The notes beneath the pieces are model-generated. The model worked only from the letters and a program-made list of their open reading frames with translations, was not told the DNA's origin and searched no databases. A stretch of 64,000 bases of DNA, taken from contig OZ316897.1 in the NCBI GenBank assembly GCA_973895155.1, positions 8,827,832-8,891,831 of the forward strand, read 5' to 3'. The position numbers and the translations under genes are program-made. This document shows positions 62,901 through 64,000 of this stretch, piece by piece. The stretch's first letter is position 1. The number at the start of each line of letters is the position of its first letter. Source of the stretch: Marsupella aquatica (lineage: Eukaryota > Plantae > Marchantiophyta).

Positions 62901-64000
62901 GACTCTTTGTGGTTCATTATGCTTTTGGGTCAAATTGGCTAATTTGAGAGTGATACCAGGAAACTCACGCCTGGAAAAAGCAAAGTTACCCAACTTTACA
63001 GGCCACTTGAGTCTCTAGCTTTAGGACTCTGAGACCACTAAGCAAGCAGTGTAATAATTATTTTCACCACCACGTAAAAACAATTAGCAGGTGGGGATAC
63101 TGAAGAGGATGCCCTCATGGATCACCTTCTTGAAGGTACTGTACCCAAACTGCCCATGACTATTTAGAAACTAATACACAGTTGCATGATTTTGGCCACC
63201 CCGAAACAATAGAGGGAAGTTGAACATAACTGATTAATACAATCCACCTTTGCATTTAGATTGTTATTGGGAACCTAGACTCACTCATGATTTCCTACCC
63301 TCAAAAAGGTTATTAATGTTCTTCCATTGGACAAAATTCTGAAGTTAGAAGTTACAATTTAAACCTACTGTAGACCTCACGGTTCTGAGCTGGTAGTTCT
63401 GATCAACAGGATAACTCAAGGCAAGACTCAAATGATGAAGACATGGATTTTTTGGTCCTCCCTTGTGAACTTTAGTGGCGGGCTTTGGGTCCTTGTTAGT
63501 GAGTTCATTTGTGCAAACTAAGGCAAATAAAGTACAAAGTCATTGTTGTGCAGAACTGTGCACCTTCATACATCAAATCCTTATGTACTCTGGTAACTAT
63601 GTATTGGGCAAAGAAGTGAGATTTAGTGTGGATGAGATGTGGAGAGATGCTTTAGGATTTGACATGGATCACACCCATGCACTTTAGCTTTGTACAGTTT
63701 AGATAGAGGTTATAGCTTTCGATAGATATGCTAGAAGGTTAACCAATCATGTTGTTAAATCTCTCACCAAATTCGCAAATGAATCTTATATATTTTAATT
63801 CAAACTGATGTTATTGCAAGTATCATGCACATATGACATCCAAAAACAATTCTTTACCTTGTATTTGTTACTATTTTGTGAAACAAACTAAATGAATGAT
63901 CTTTTCCTTGTAGTTGTTATATTTTTTTCCAAACAAAAAAAAAGAATCAGATTTGTTATGCTCTCTTATATGAATAAGGATATTGACTCTATCATATGTA
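58440..64000. repeat. Near-identical duplicate of ~37470-43000 (NLR hydrolase exons plus upstream flank)
   Basis: ORF pairs 40095/61066, 40206/61177, 40304/61275 and 40559/61530 are identical. 37954/58924 differ by 1 aa in 265. Confidence 0.95.

Overview
Intron-rich land-plant nuclear DNA, most likely a liverwort or other bryophyte (inferred from the alpha/beta-hydrolase-headed NLRs). (1) 1-7452(+): a 5'-truncated meiotic axis gene. Its C-terminus is an ASY3/PAIR3 coiled coil, and small exons at 1-2163 that the ORF track largely misses splice in frame into a SYCP2/Red1-type ARM+PH N-terminal domain, which angiosperm ASY3 lacks. (2) 7501-12539(-): an intact 11-exon plastid ABC1K9-type atypical kinase. 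(3) The 5' 4.2 kb of that gene is duplicated in inverted orientation (8743-12933 vs 14261-18504). The copy is fused in frame, inside an exon, to a phytochromobilin synthase (HY2) that has lost its own start, giving a 15-exon, 701-aa ABC1K9::HY2 ORF (14706-21122). (4) 23.7-60 kb(-): a tandem cluster of hydrolase-NB-ARC-LRR genes: two intact, one frameshifted, one 'headless' and one fragment. Their LRRs are 72-bp cassettes with a near-invariant core and a hypervariable face, present at 20, 6, 12 and 12 units and visibly shuffled among paralogs. A second, decayed HY2 3' half lies within the cluster. All gene models were spliced by hand from GT-AG sites and frame continuity, and homology calls come from remembered family motifs rather than database searches.
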